Assembly: GCA_004431415.1 (NCBI GenBank)
Contig: QPMI01000424.1
Span: 15,654-79,653 of the forward strand
Length of the DNA stretch: 64,000 bases
Reading direction: 5' to 3'
Source: Cyanophora paradoxa CCMP329
Lineage: Eukaryota; Plantae; Glaucophyta
In this document: one piece after another, positions 29,192 through 40,019 of the stretch
Layout of the letters: each line of letters starts with the position of its first letter
Position numbering within the stretch: position 1 is the stretch's first letter
Made by a program: the position numbers and the translations under genes
Notes under the pieces: model-generated
What the model was told of the DNA's origin: nothing
Databases searched by the model: none
The model's input: the letters and a program-made list of their open reading frames with translations, nothing else

Positions 29192-29984
29192 CCGGGCTCG
29201 GGGTGCAAGGCTCGCGAGGGCCAGCACGGCCGATCGACCAGGCTCGATGTACGCCTCGGTCTTGGGCGAGGCTCGCGGGTCGCCGGTCATCGTACAGGTC
29301 TTCTTTCGTCTGCGCGAGGCCGTGCGCGCGGCGCGGCGCCGCAGGGGGCGCGTACTAGCATGGGCATCGAGGTTGTCCTCCGAGATCCGGACAAGATCTG
29401 CGACGTCCGTCGGCGAGGGCGACGGGAGGGCGCGTCCGACCGCATTTAGCAGTTCTCAAGAGCTAGTTCTACGTTTTCGGTGAGCTGACGGAGAGCCTGC
29501 CGGCTCGCTGTGGCTGATCGCTGTGTGCGTCCCGATCGCATGCCGATCCGGGCTCGCCGGTGCGCGGGGTCGCCGATCGACGCTGAAATGATGTTCTAGA
29601 GCTACTGTCGATGCGCCCGCATCGCTGCTGGTCGCCGATCGTGCCGGGCTGATGTTGACGATGAACTGCCCACGGGTTGCTCCGTAGGCAGTGGCGCCTG
29701 TCGGATAGGAGGATTCCCACCCGATTGGGCGCCCGCGCGGTCCAGCGCGGGGCCGGCTCCCTGTGCTGGAGCAGCTGTAGATGCAGGCTGGTGTATTCTC
29801 TGTGTACCCGGAAGACTACTGACACTGTACCCCTAGGATAGGTAGAGGCAGGCCAGCGTAGGCTACCGCGAGGTAAACCTACAGGAAGAGAGACTATGCT
29901 AAGGCACCGTAGACTGCGTCAGGCACCAACTAGCTCTAGTCACTAAGTCACCGCAAGGCCAGGGAATCGAGCCATGCGACAGAG

Positions 29985-30124
29985 CTGGGGGGCGGGCGGG
30001 GCGGGGCGGGCGGGGAGGGTGACGGGCCGGGAGCGGGGCGAGGCGCTGAGGGTCGGGGCAGGGCGCTGGAGGGCGGCGGGGGCAGGGCGCTGGGGGGCGG
30101 CGGGAGCGGGGCGCTGGGGGGGGC
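29985..30124 (+). repeat. G-rich low-complexity tract (G-quadruplex potential)
   Basis: Many runs of three or more G. Confidence 0.8.
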
Positions 30125-33100
30125 ATAGTTAAGCTTACTATACTGTAGTCCAGGCCTAGTCAGCTAGCATAGTACGGAGCATGTGAGGAGGGATCGAGGC
30201 AGTGTGAGTGGATGATATTGGAATGGAAGTCAAGTGCAGCAAGCTGAGGGTAGCCAGTGCCAATGTGCGCATTCAATAAAGGCAGGCAAAACTAAGTAGT
30301 CGAGCGCATGATAGAAGGTGTCAGAGATAGGAAACAGAAATCGATACGAAACGAACCCCGACAACTGACTGCCATACAACGTATATGGAGTACGGCGCGC
30401 GTCCTTGCCCTAATTCTGACCGACATCGTCGTACATTCCGTGGTACATATCATCATGCAGCGGCCATCCATCTGGGTCCACATCGGGTCGATGTACGACG
30501 TGCTTGGCGACCGTCCCATTCCACTTCATATAGATTTCGGCCCACCGGCGATCGGGGTCCCAACTGCCAGCACAATCGAAGGCATTTATCATCAAGTCGT
30601 ACTCTGCGGTGGGGATGGGGTTAATAGTTGATCATCATCCAAGATTACATGTGTACAGGCACCTCCATTACAGTCCGTAAGCTGAACGGACGCAATCACA
30701 TCGTACGCAGAAGTGAACTCGTTGTTACTCACGCGCACCGCTGCAGGCCCAGGTGGTACTGCTATGATGGCGCCTGTGCCGGGATTCTTGATTATAAAAA
30801 CGTCGGGGGTCATTTGGCTCATGGCCTCCAGTACGATGATGGAACCGGGGCCGCTGACTCGCACTGATTGAGATATATCGCGGTAAGAAGCTAAATCGAG
30901 ATTCGGTCTCGCGTAAGAAGCAGCTAGCACTATATCGGATGTGGGCGACGTATCTGCGATGGCGCAAATCGCAGCATGCACTTGCGTCAGCAGTGAACGG
31001 AGCAAGCGCACGGAGAACATACCTCTCGATCGCTTCTTGGAACCGGAATCGAGGATGGGACGCAAAGTATTCGTCAACGACATGTCTAGCCGTCTCTGCA
31101 AGAATCAAGTCCGGCAATTAGGGGTACAGCCTGCATTCCCGGCGCCGTGAACGACAGCCCGTGCGCTACACGCGCAACTCGTCGCATCGTTCTTAGCGCG
31201 CTCATTCGCCTGCGCAATCTCCAGCTAGGCCAACCCACCGCTAAGCGCGAAGCAACGCGGCGCGCTCCTTCGCCAACGCCAGCGCCATCAAGGCGAACAC
31301 AAGCGCTAGAAGCGCCGCTCGTCGTACCTTCGAAGCGCGCTCAGTCGCAGGTTGGCTGATACCCCGGCTCGAAGTAAGCATGCTCAGACCCGATCCGCGC
31401 CTGCCGTCTAAACACAGACGACTTTTAACTTATATGTTTCAACAGGTTCCGACTACTTGATCATGGCGAAAACAAAAGCGTGCCATGGGATCTCACCTGG
31501 GATGTTCAGAGGAACGATGCAGAGGATCGAGCAGCCACATGATTATAGAGGACCGATCCGTAACTATAGTCACTTCTCCGACGTCACTACTCTTATGAGA
31601 AACACACCGCCTGTTGATCGCATCCAAATCGTTGAAGATGGAACGGTTCTGCAACGATTTCTGCAGATCGAGCCTATCCACATCTTCAGGCCATGGCAAG
31701 CCGGGCGTGACTTCGGTATTACCCTTACGTAAACCTCTACTTCTTCACGTCTCACCACCAGACGCCTGCCAGCTATCTCTCGGGCACTCGATACGAAACT
31801 CCGCCTGCATCTGTCCTGTCCCTACACATCAGAACGTATCAGAGTGCCAGTTCAGTCAGTGTACTGCGTTCACCCGCACGTACGTGGTCGCATTCCCTTC
31901 ATAAATTCCACATTATTCTTATCCCTGCGCAGTGTTTCGATTTCAACGAGCACTTGATATTCTCCCTTCATAATGAAGATTGGTCAGCTATTCGTCCTGC
32001 ACTCATGATCATGATCAAAGTTAAATCCTTTCCATAGGGAATGCCCATTCCAATTCTGCCAAAGACAAGCAGGTCTCCACAATCTCATCATTGACGAGTT
32101 CTTCAAGTCCATCCTTGACGGGGTCTGTGCCCGATTTACCTTTACATCTCATAATTACTGACACCCTCATTCCAGACAACGCCTGCAGATCTCGCTGTCG
32201 AAATAGACAACACAGGAAGATGGCTGCCATGCGCTTCCGACAATATACCCGACTAGATTAGAATCTCCAAGCAGGGCTAGGCCGCGCACCCCCCATCAGT
32301 GCATCACCCCGCCCCGCCCTTCTCTGCCACATCCAACCCCGCCCCCGCCAGGGCGTCGCGAGTAGACCGCTGCGCCCCGGGCGGCTTACTATATTCTAGT
32401 CCATGTCCTAGCTAAAGAGCATCGTACAACGGACTGAAAGCAACGTGGCCCCCTAATCGACAGACCTATAGCTAGTAGTCTTCAGTCGAATCATAGCCAC
32501 AAACATGGTCATCGTAGCAGTCTGTTTCGGTGCAGCATAGACGATTGCAGATTTCGCCGCGAGCCTTGCCGTATGCAAGGTGCTCTCCTGGCGCTGCTGG
32601 TGGTGCATGTCTCTCATTCTTGGCGCGAGGATCGCCGTATTGACGATCAAGGGGGTTTCGCTTCAGAATCCGCCGACAGCGTATAACTGGGTGATTGGGG
32701 CAGAGGGTTGTGACATAGAAGTAATCATGCGCGCCCATGCGGGCATGAGCCCATGTGCGATCGGTACAGACATCGCATTTTATCATCTCGCTGCTATGTT
32801 CCTCACAGTAGATGCTGCATAACAAGGGCGTCGGCTCCAGTCAGATATGTTGGTTTTGTGCGTAGGGTTGACCACTTAAACATCATATATATCCCTCGCG
32901 AACCTGCTACAGTTATCCGATGAGCACCGGTATACCGTATGCTGACGACCGCCAGTACTGGCCATGGAGGGAGCGTGAAAGTCGTCATTGCAGAAAAGAA
33001 CAGGACAGCCAGTGACGGATGAACACTGAGCAAGCCGGCACGTTCGTGCTGGTTCGAGCGGGCATGGGCCGTGCATACCGTCGATGGCAGGGCACGCGTA

Positions 33101-33233
33101 CGGTCCGTGCGCACGCGCGTCGGCAATCTCATCCCCGGAACACGCTGCAGTCGAAGTAGGAGGCGGATCGGCTTCAGCTGCCGGCGCCATTACTATATGC
33201 TGGACCGAAATATGAGAGCAAGATGGCGAACAA

Positions 33234-33309
33234 GACTCACTCCCAAGATTCGAACCTGGGTCTAAGCGATGTGAGCGGCCGTCCTGGACGGCTGGTCCTA
33301 GAGACAGTC
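33234..33309 (-). pseudogene. Degenerate tRNA-like sequence (pseudogene or SINE head)
   Basis: The minus strand has a T-arm/B-box CCCAGGTTCGAATCTTGGG and a CTCACAT loop. The other stems pair poorly. Confidence 0.3.
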
Positions 33310-33775
33310 GCGATCGATGTTCGTCGCCAGCTTATGGTCTATGGCTGCATGGTTGCCAGCGCGGCTCTCACTTATGAGAAGCCAGCTAGCATAGTATACG
33401 TACCCTCCTGAACTACGCTGTCTGGGACCAGGCATCAGCCTGTGGTTTAGCGAGCAATAGCGAGCAATAGGGAGTAATAGCGAGCGATAGCGAGCAATGC
33501 ACGACCCGAAGGGACAGGAGGAGCAGGCTCCGGGTCAGACCCATCAGACAGCTCCGATCGGGAACGCGAAGTACACGTTGCCAGCGCAAGGAATCTACGC
33601 TGTCTGGGCCCAGGCCTCAGTCTGACGTAGAGTCTCTGGCATCAAACCCGAACGGCGGCTTTTTTCCCAATATGCGTACGCGAACTCGGAGAGTTAGTCG
33701 ACGATCGAGAACTAAAGTTAGTCCCAAATTTGAAATTTTGCGTTGAGTACGTACTCTAAACCATACCGAAGTGCA

Positions 33776-36174
33776 ATGGCACGTCAATCAAAGGCAGCTG
33801 CTGCTGCAGCCACGGCTGAGAAGAAGGACAACGTGCTCGAGCCGAAGAAGGCTGACGTGGCCGCGTCACTGGCGAAATCTGATGCCGCTGCTGCTGCCGG
33901 GAAGGACCCGCTCCCTGTCGCCGTTGACGAGGCTTCGCCGGTGATCCCTACGCCGGTGGATGCGGCGTGGACGACGCGGCACGCGCTGCCTGGGTGCGCT
34001 TGGAGTTAATCAATGTTCGGTCCGGCATGGTGCGGATTTAAGCTGACGATCTGCGCGATAGCAGGCTGAACGACGGCATGCCACGGGAAGGGGCAGCTGC
34101 AACTATCACGGCGGCAGTGGCATCGTCTCGCCCGTTGCCTGGCGCGTCCGGATCCATTTGCAATGCTGGGCAAGTGTACGTATTCTACGATTGCGTAATA
34201 TTGGCTGTGACTAATACGACGTTATTCGTCCCTGCGTAGATCGGCTGCCGTGCCGGTCGCCACTAATTCGGCAAGTGGCACGGCTAATGGGATTGTGATG
34301 CTATCGTACGTGCTTTTATAATCAATAGCATTTGTGCACGACGAGCGTCACAACCCTAATATATTTCCAGGCCCGCAAAGAAGGTTACTGTGGCGCGCAC
34401 GTTCATGGATTTGAAGGATGGGAGGGATTTTAACGGTGTCGTGCGGATTGCGAACATGCACACCATAAGTGGAAGGAACGGAGGTGACACCATCCGCGGT
34501 ACTCTGGAGGATGAGGTGCGCAACCCCGTTGTAGCTGGATAACCTCATGTGTAATGTCAATGTGGCGATTTTATATAAGCTTTCTGCTCATCGACGTACG
34601 CAATGCAGGTCGGCGATAAGGTGCCGCTCCGTATCTTCACAGGGGCGATGCTAACAAGTGCGGGAAAAAATGCCATCAAGGGAGACATGCTCATCGATCA
34701 AGTGAACAATATAACCGAACACTTGAACGCCAGCTGCAACTCAGAAAATATGGTATACTCTCCCATTTACGTATACTTCCATTATCCGTATCAGTATGCT
34801 GACATGGAATATATCGATCAGTACTTAATCATGAAATCATCAAACAAAGCACGCTACTTGGTGAAAGGGACTGCGACCGAGAAACTGGCTTGGCCATTGA
34901 CGCGAGACCGCACACTGCTGAAGGAGATCCAGATTAATTCTGGTAATGTCGGTCTAATCAACTTTGAATCAGTGAATGAGGAGGTCTGTCACTCATGTTT
35001 TACCTATATTCATATCGCGCGTCTTCATCACCTGCTCACTTTTGCTGCCGTACGTTAGGATCCTCGGCTCATCGAGCTTCCCCACAAACTCGCGAATATG
35101 GATCGCGCATCATTTGTCATGATGCGCTACGACATCGTTTCCGACTTCAAGGGAGCAGCAGTTGACTATATGAATGTCAACAAACTGTGCGACTCGAACA
35201 GGTTCAGCGAATGTGCGTGCTACTATAGATAACTGGGATGATACCACGTTTTTCGGCGCGCTCGTACCGTGTTTTATCGCTTCATCAGATAACATTGGAT
35301 GCATCATCAAGGAGGAAGAGGACGGATACGTGTGCATGGACAAGCTCGGGTGTAAGGTGTCAGCTCGGTTTGGACTTGGCGCAAAGTTCGAGTCCCTCGG
35401 GGAGCTGTTCGACACCTACAGCAACGACGGGGTCGCGGACATCGTCGTTTCATTCGCGGAGGTTCGGACGTCTATACTGTAGTTAACATGGTAAACGAAT
35501 GCAAGGCGTAATTCACACGCATTCAACCGTAGTTCAAATTCGAGCGACCATCAGGCACCCCGACGGAACTGTGGTTTGGCTTCTTTTCTGAAGTAATGGG
35601 ACTTGCGGAATTCGAGGAGAAAAAGAAGACCCTGCCGGTAGGGTTCGTCTCGAAGGCAATTAAAATTCCGGATGCGAGTGCTCGCTTGCATGCATCTGTC
35701 CCGTTTGGTAATGGGTCGAACCGAGTTGGTGCGGAAGTTCAGCCTATCGGTTTTAACCTGTGTAACCCTTTCATGCAGCGCTCTTCGCCGGCGGTACCGG
35801 CCCGACAGGGAGCACCCCGAATTTGTCGGGTACGACCGGGATCCCTGTCAAGGTTGGAAATGGTGGATCAGCGATCGCTCTGAATGGAATCTCAAGCTCG
35901 CCGATGGCAATGGCAGCAATGAACATGCCGATGCAGCTGCGCCTGAGCCTGAAGGACAATCCGTTCGCGGTGTCTCGCGATCGCACTGGAAGTGAGGCTT
36001 CTTTTCCTAATGGGCTCGTTGAGCGCGAGGTATATGACTTTCCGTACATTGCATATGTCACGTTCCAGCTAATCTCGTAGCAGGCAACTATCGCAAAGCG
36101 GAAGAAGGGAGGCAATGACGAAGCCAAAACTTCAAAGAAACAGAAGAACGTGAGCGTGGAGTCGGAATCAGATG
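33776..36174 (+). CDS. Intron-containing host gene or pseudogene of unknown function, interrupted by Element 2
   Basis: Starts MARQSKAAAA. Short GT-AG introns at 34984-35058, 35462-35532 and 36030-36080. The last exon, QATIAKRKKGG...ESESD, runs into the Element 2 terminus. Some frameshifts. Confidence 0.55.
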
Positions 36175-37112
36175 GCTCGCTTGCAGGTAAGCACCACCAA
36201 TTGCGCGCCCTCTTCTTTCTTTCCCCACTACCATTCTCAGTAAGCCCATTATCCATTTTCAAATTTCTCAGTAAGGCTCAGTAACAAATCATAAATTAGC
36301 ACTGTATTTTTCAAACATCTAACTCCTCCTTACTGAAACCAATCACAAAAACCTACATATAATCTTCTCTCTAATCCCTTACCATTTTCAGTAAGCCTTT
36401 ATTCCGCCTTCCGATCTCTCAGTAAGGACAGTAAGACCCTATTTTTTGCGTAATGTTCCTGATCCTTGTCGAACTGTTTTCAGTAGTCCAATTTGAAAAA
36501 TCAAGGTGAGCCCCACCGATAGGTTAAATTAACTTATATAGTGCGTATATCCCCACTTAAAGATTTCCCACTATACAAGTATAAAGATGCCGGGTAATCA
36601 GCTCCCCTTACCTAAAAGTAAACTGTGCAATGTGTGCAAAGAGGTCAAGCCTGCATCGTGGTTCCCTTTGCGCAAGTGCAAGTCGGGAAATATAACATTA
36701 TATTGGAGATGCATAGAGTGCCACCGTGACTATCAAAATGATCACTATCACAATGTCTTAAAAACGCGTCCGAAAATCGAAGTACAATCGAAGATATGCC
36801 CGGATTGCAAGATTGAGAAGCCTGCAAGCGAGTATAATAAAAAGCAAAGTACGAAGGATGGTCTCTACTATAAATGCCGACAGTGTTATAGTGAGACTCG
36901 GACGAGCTAATTTATGATTTTAAAATGAGATTTATATTTTTTAAAGCAAGTTTGTGCATGAGCAAGCATGCCGAAAATGCCCACCTGCACAAACTTGCGA
37001 CTTCAATCGAAATGTACGAATCGAAATGTACGATTAGCATATTTACGACAAAGTACGACGATAGACCACGTTAAAATACACTCGCGCCCCGCCCACTATG
37101 CAAGATACATGC
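36175..37112 (+). repeat. Terminal repeat region of Element 2 (partner not in window)
   Basis: Homologous to the Element 1 TIR: inner part of about 170 bp nearly identical, outer part diverged. Confidence 0.8.
36587..36910 (+). CDS. TIR zinc-finger protein (Element 2 allele)
   Basis: Clear homologue of 2003-2341 with all CxxC pairs kept. Confidence 0.8.
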   Translation: MPGNQLPLPKSKLCNVCKEVKPASWFPLRKCKSGNITLYWRCIECHRDYQNDHYHNVLKTRPKIEVQSKICPDCKIEKPASEYNKKQSTKDGLYYKCRQCYSETRTS

Positions 37113-37207
37113 CTTTCTTATGCATGATCTATGAAAAATAACAATAAACCCAGTCGTCAGACAAGCTGCCTTGGCTGCGCCTCTCTCATTCTTCGAATTC
37201 GAATTCT

Positions 37208-37471
37208 TTACATAGGAGCACTCACAGGAATTTCGCTTGCCTTTCGAACAGTCCCCCTTGCAAATGCTTGCTCTACAATCGCTTCCTTTGTGAGTGGAAT
37301 CGGAATTCCAGCGGCAATACACGATTTAACTTCTTTGTCCACAATCTCATCAATCGCAATTCTCGCCCGATTATGAGCAGCATTATCGATCCAATCCTGA
37401 ACAGAGTAGGCACAGTATTCCATTCCCAGTTTTTCAGTATCAGTTAGAACCACTTGGTAGATGTTCGACAT
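37208..37471 (-). CDS. Small fibre-associated protein
   Basis: Homologue of 26052-26315. Confidence 0.75.
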   Translation of the reverse strand: MSNIYQVVLTDTEKLGMEYCAYSVQDWIDNAAHNRARIAIDEIVDKEVKSCIAAGIPIPLTKEAIVEQAFARGTVRKASEIPVSAPM

Positions 37472-37480
37472 TCTTTTACT

Positions 37481-38506
37481 CTATGTTGCAGAAATTAATT
37501 CACCAGTAAATAAACAATTTGCATGAGTGGTTGCACCAAAAATAGCACCGCTATTGAGGTAGAACCTTATTGTATCATAACCGGCTAATATAGTTATAAT
37601 GGAAAATCCAAATTGCCTTGCAACTGATGTTGTTCCGATTGCATCAGAGTATGCTTGCACAACAACACTCTCAATATCTATATTATTCCTTTTCAATTGC
37701 ATAACAGTATCTGAGGTATTTTCAGTTGTCAGACCTGTAAATGTAAATCTGTAATGTCCAGGAACAGGAGCTGTAAACACACCAGTGTCTCTATCCATAT
37801 GATTTCCATTGTTGACCCAGTTATATGGAAAACTTGTTATGTATCCAGCTGTGGTTATAGAATTATTAATACTAACACAGAATCGTGGATGATTTGGGGT
37901 AGAAAGATAGGAATTGGTTCCATTTACACTGAATCCATTATAGCTATACTGAGTGCTGTTCTTTGTGAAAGTTGATGCGAAGGTAGAAGCAATCTTTGCC
38001 CCACCTCTCTTGATCTCAAAATTGTCATTCGCACCCACAGTATCAATAGAATTGGTCTTCACTCCACCACTTGCTGTAAGAAGCCCAGTAAACCCACCAG
38101 TGGTTGCATTCACAGCCCCATAAGAAGTTGCTGTCACTGTCCCATTCACACTCAGTCCAGTCCCAATCCATGCCCCACCACTGTAAACTTGAAAAGCCGC
38201 CGAATTCCTATCAGCCGGATTAAAAGCCGTTTTGGAATCCTGTTGACCTTCATATAGATTTTCTTTGGTGACCAGCCCCGAAGAGATTGCGGGTCGATTA
38301 GATACGATCATTTGAGTAGCTTTAACGACTCCATCAGCCTTGTCAGCTCGGAGTTCTTTGACTCTGAGTATGCTTTGGTCATTAAAAGAATCGGTTTTCG
38401 CTGTCTCAGTCGAAGGGTGGCTTGGAGATAAATCATAAACAGTGTGTTGGACATTGTGGACAGCACTTGCACTCAAAGAAAACACAGGCGTGAATACAGT
38501 TGTCAT
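37481..38506 (-). CDS. Fibre protein with C1q-like head (divergent allele)
   Basis: FTAPVPGHYRF and FTGELI. Only distantly similar to Element 1 fibres A and B. Confidence 0.85.
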   Translation of the reverse strand: MTTVFTPVFSLSASAVHNVQHTVYDLSPSHPSTETAKTDSFNDQSILRVKELRADKADGVVKATQMIVSNRPAISSGLVTKENLYEGQQDSKTAFNPADRNSAAFQVYSGGAWIGTGLSVNGTVTATSYGAVNATTGGFTGLLTASGGVKTNSIDTVGANDNFEIKRGGAKIASTFASTFTKNSTQYSYNGFSVNGTNSYLSTPNHPRFCVSINNSITTAGYITSFPYNWVNNGNHMDRDTGVFTAPVPGHYRFTFTGLTTENTSDTVMQLKRNNIDIESVVVQAYSDAIGTTSVARQFGFSIITILAGYDTIRFYLNSGAIFGATTHANCLFTGELISAT

Positions 38507-38526
38507 CTTTAAATTGCTCTTTATAA

Positions 38527-39990
38527 TTACGTGAGAATATTATTGTTTTGGAGAGGTCCGACAGCAATCCAATGGAGTTTAAGGGTTCTTTCGTTTTGGG
38601 GCACATTCGTATAATTGATGTCCGAGTAACAAGTAAATATAGCAATCCAAGTGAATTTATTTTTGAAACCAACACGGTTCCCACTCACAAATTCAGCGGA
38701 GATATATATGCTGTTTGTAAAATTGACACTTGTTAAGATAATATCATTTTCGAGAGTAGCATTAACTATTGGATCACTATTATATGGGGTAGAAAATGTA
38801 ACGGTTCCCGATACTGTGGTAAAATCCCCTTTGTAATAGACTCCGGCAGGAATGACTACATTCGCTGTCCCTTGTTGCACATATGCATTTGCATTTACAT
38901 AACTACCGAAATTCGTGAGCAACTCTATGCTGTGATTGTGAGTAGGTGGTGAAGTAGGTGTGTTAATCAGATCGTTATAATTTCCGCTCGTAGCCACAGC
39001 ATGTAGGGTCGGTGTATTAACGAGATCATTGTAGTCTCCACTTGTAGCCACAGCATGCAAGGTCGGTGCATTGGGTGTGTTAGTTAAATCATTGTAGTCA
39101 CCACTTGTGGCAACAGCATGCAAATTCGGCTTAGTAAATAACCTATCCCATGTCCCATTGAAAGGAAGTGTAGATTCTGATATAATTACACCTTGATCGA
39201 TCCAACGAGGTATATAACTTGTGAAATCGGGAGTTCCCTCTAAATCATAGTAATTTCCTGTGTATGCTACACTACTCCAAGTCGGCTTCTCAGTAATATC
39301 AGTCCATCTACCACTAAATCCCGCCGGCACATCTGTAAGCTCTTTATAGCTCACCTTTTGCTTCGGTATAGAGAGCTCGATGGGTGAGAATGCACCCGAA
39401 AGGCGATTTTCAGAGGTGAAATACATGAGACTTTGACTGTTAGGGAACTCATCCACGAGATTAAAGGTGAAATTCGTGGGCAATTCGAGTCGACTAATTG
39501 GGGTGTTGTCGCCTAATATAAATTCGGCGCCTGTATGCACGACCGGATTTCTTTGGATATACATATTTGATGCACCTATTACAGGTGCTACTATGGGCAC
39601 ATCCGAATTAACGAGATTGCAAGTGATAGAAAAAATGGTTTTGGGGGCATACAGATTGCAATCAAAAGTAATCGTGGCGGGATCAATAGTAGGATCGACA
39701 TTTGAACAGATCTGAAACATCCACCCACCCACACAGTTGCAATTTAAATTGCGAAAGGCTGTGCCTGCCATTGCATCCACATAGCCAATCCCATTTGCAA
39801 TGTCATAGATGTGACCAAACTCGTAACCGAAAATGTCATTCCATAGGTTAGAAGCCATAGCTCCCATCACATAGCCTTTTAGATTAACAATTAGGTCATT
39901 GGATTCACTGGGTATATTGGCATGGGTTATATAAAATTGATTATCCAATACAGCATTCTTTACTGTCGTTTCTACTATGGGTTCCGTCAT
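38527..39990 (-). CDS. Fibre-like protein with LHAVATSGDYNDL repeats
   Basis: First about 150 aa nearly identical to 22357-23895; the remainder is different. Confidence 0.8.
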   Translation of the reverse strand: MTEPIVETTVKNAVLDNQFYITHANIPSESNDLIVNLKGYVMGAMASNLWNDIFGYEFGHIYDIANGIGYVDAMAGTAFRNLNCNCVGGWMFQICSNVDPTIDPATITFDCNLYAPKTIFSITCNLVNSDVPIVAPVIGASNMYIQRNPVVHTGAEFILGDNTPISRLELPTNFTFNLVDEFPNSQSLMYFTSENRLSGAFSPIELSIPKQKVSYKELTDVPAGFSGRWTDITEKPTWSSVAYTGNYYDLEGTPDFTSYIPRWIDQGVIISESTLPFNGTWDRLFTKPNLHAVATSGDYNDLTNTPNAPTLHAVATSGDYNDLVNTPTLHAVATSGNYNDLINTPTSPPTHNHSIELLTNFGSYVNANAYVQQGTANVVIPAGVYYKGDFTTVSGTVTFSTPYNSDPIVNATLENDIILTSVNFTNSIYISAEFVSGNRVGFKNKFTWIAIFTCYSDINYTNVPQNERTLKLHWIAVGPLQNNNILT

Positions 39991-40019
39991 TATTTCTCTA
40001 TTATGGCATTCTACAAAAA

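Noticed and set aside
27298-29880. ORFs in the right flank, including 28865-29449
   Set aside because: Explained by high GC and tandem repeats; no family motifs.
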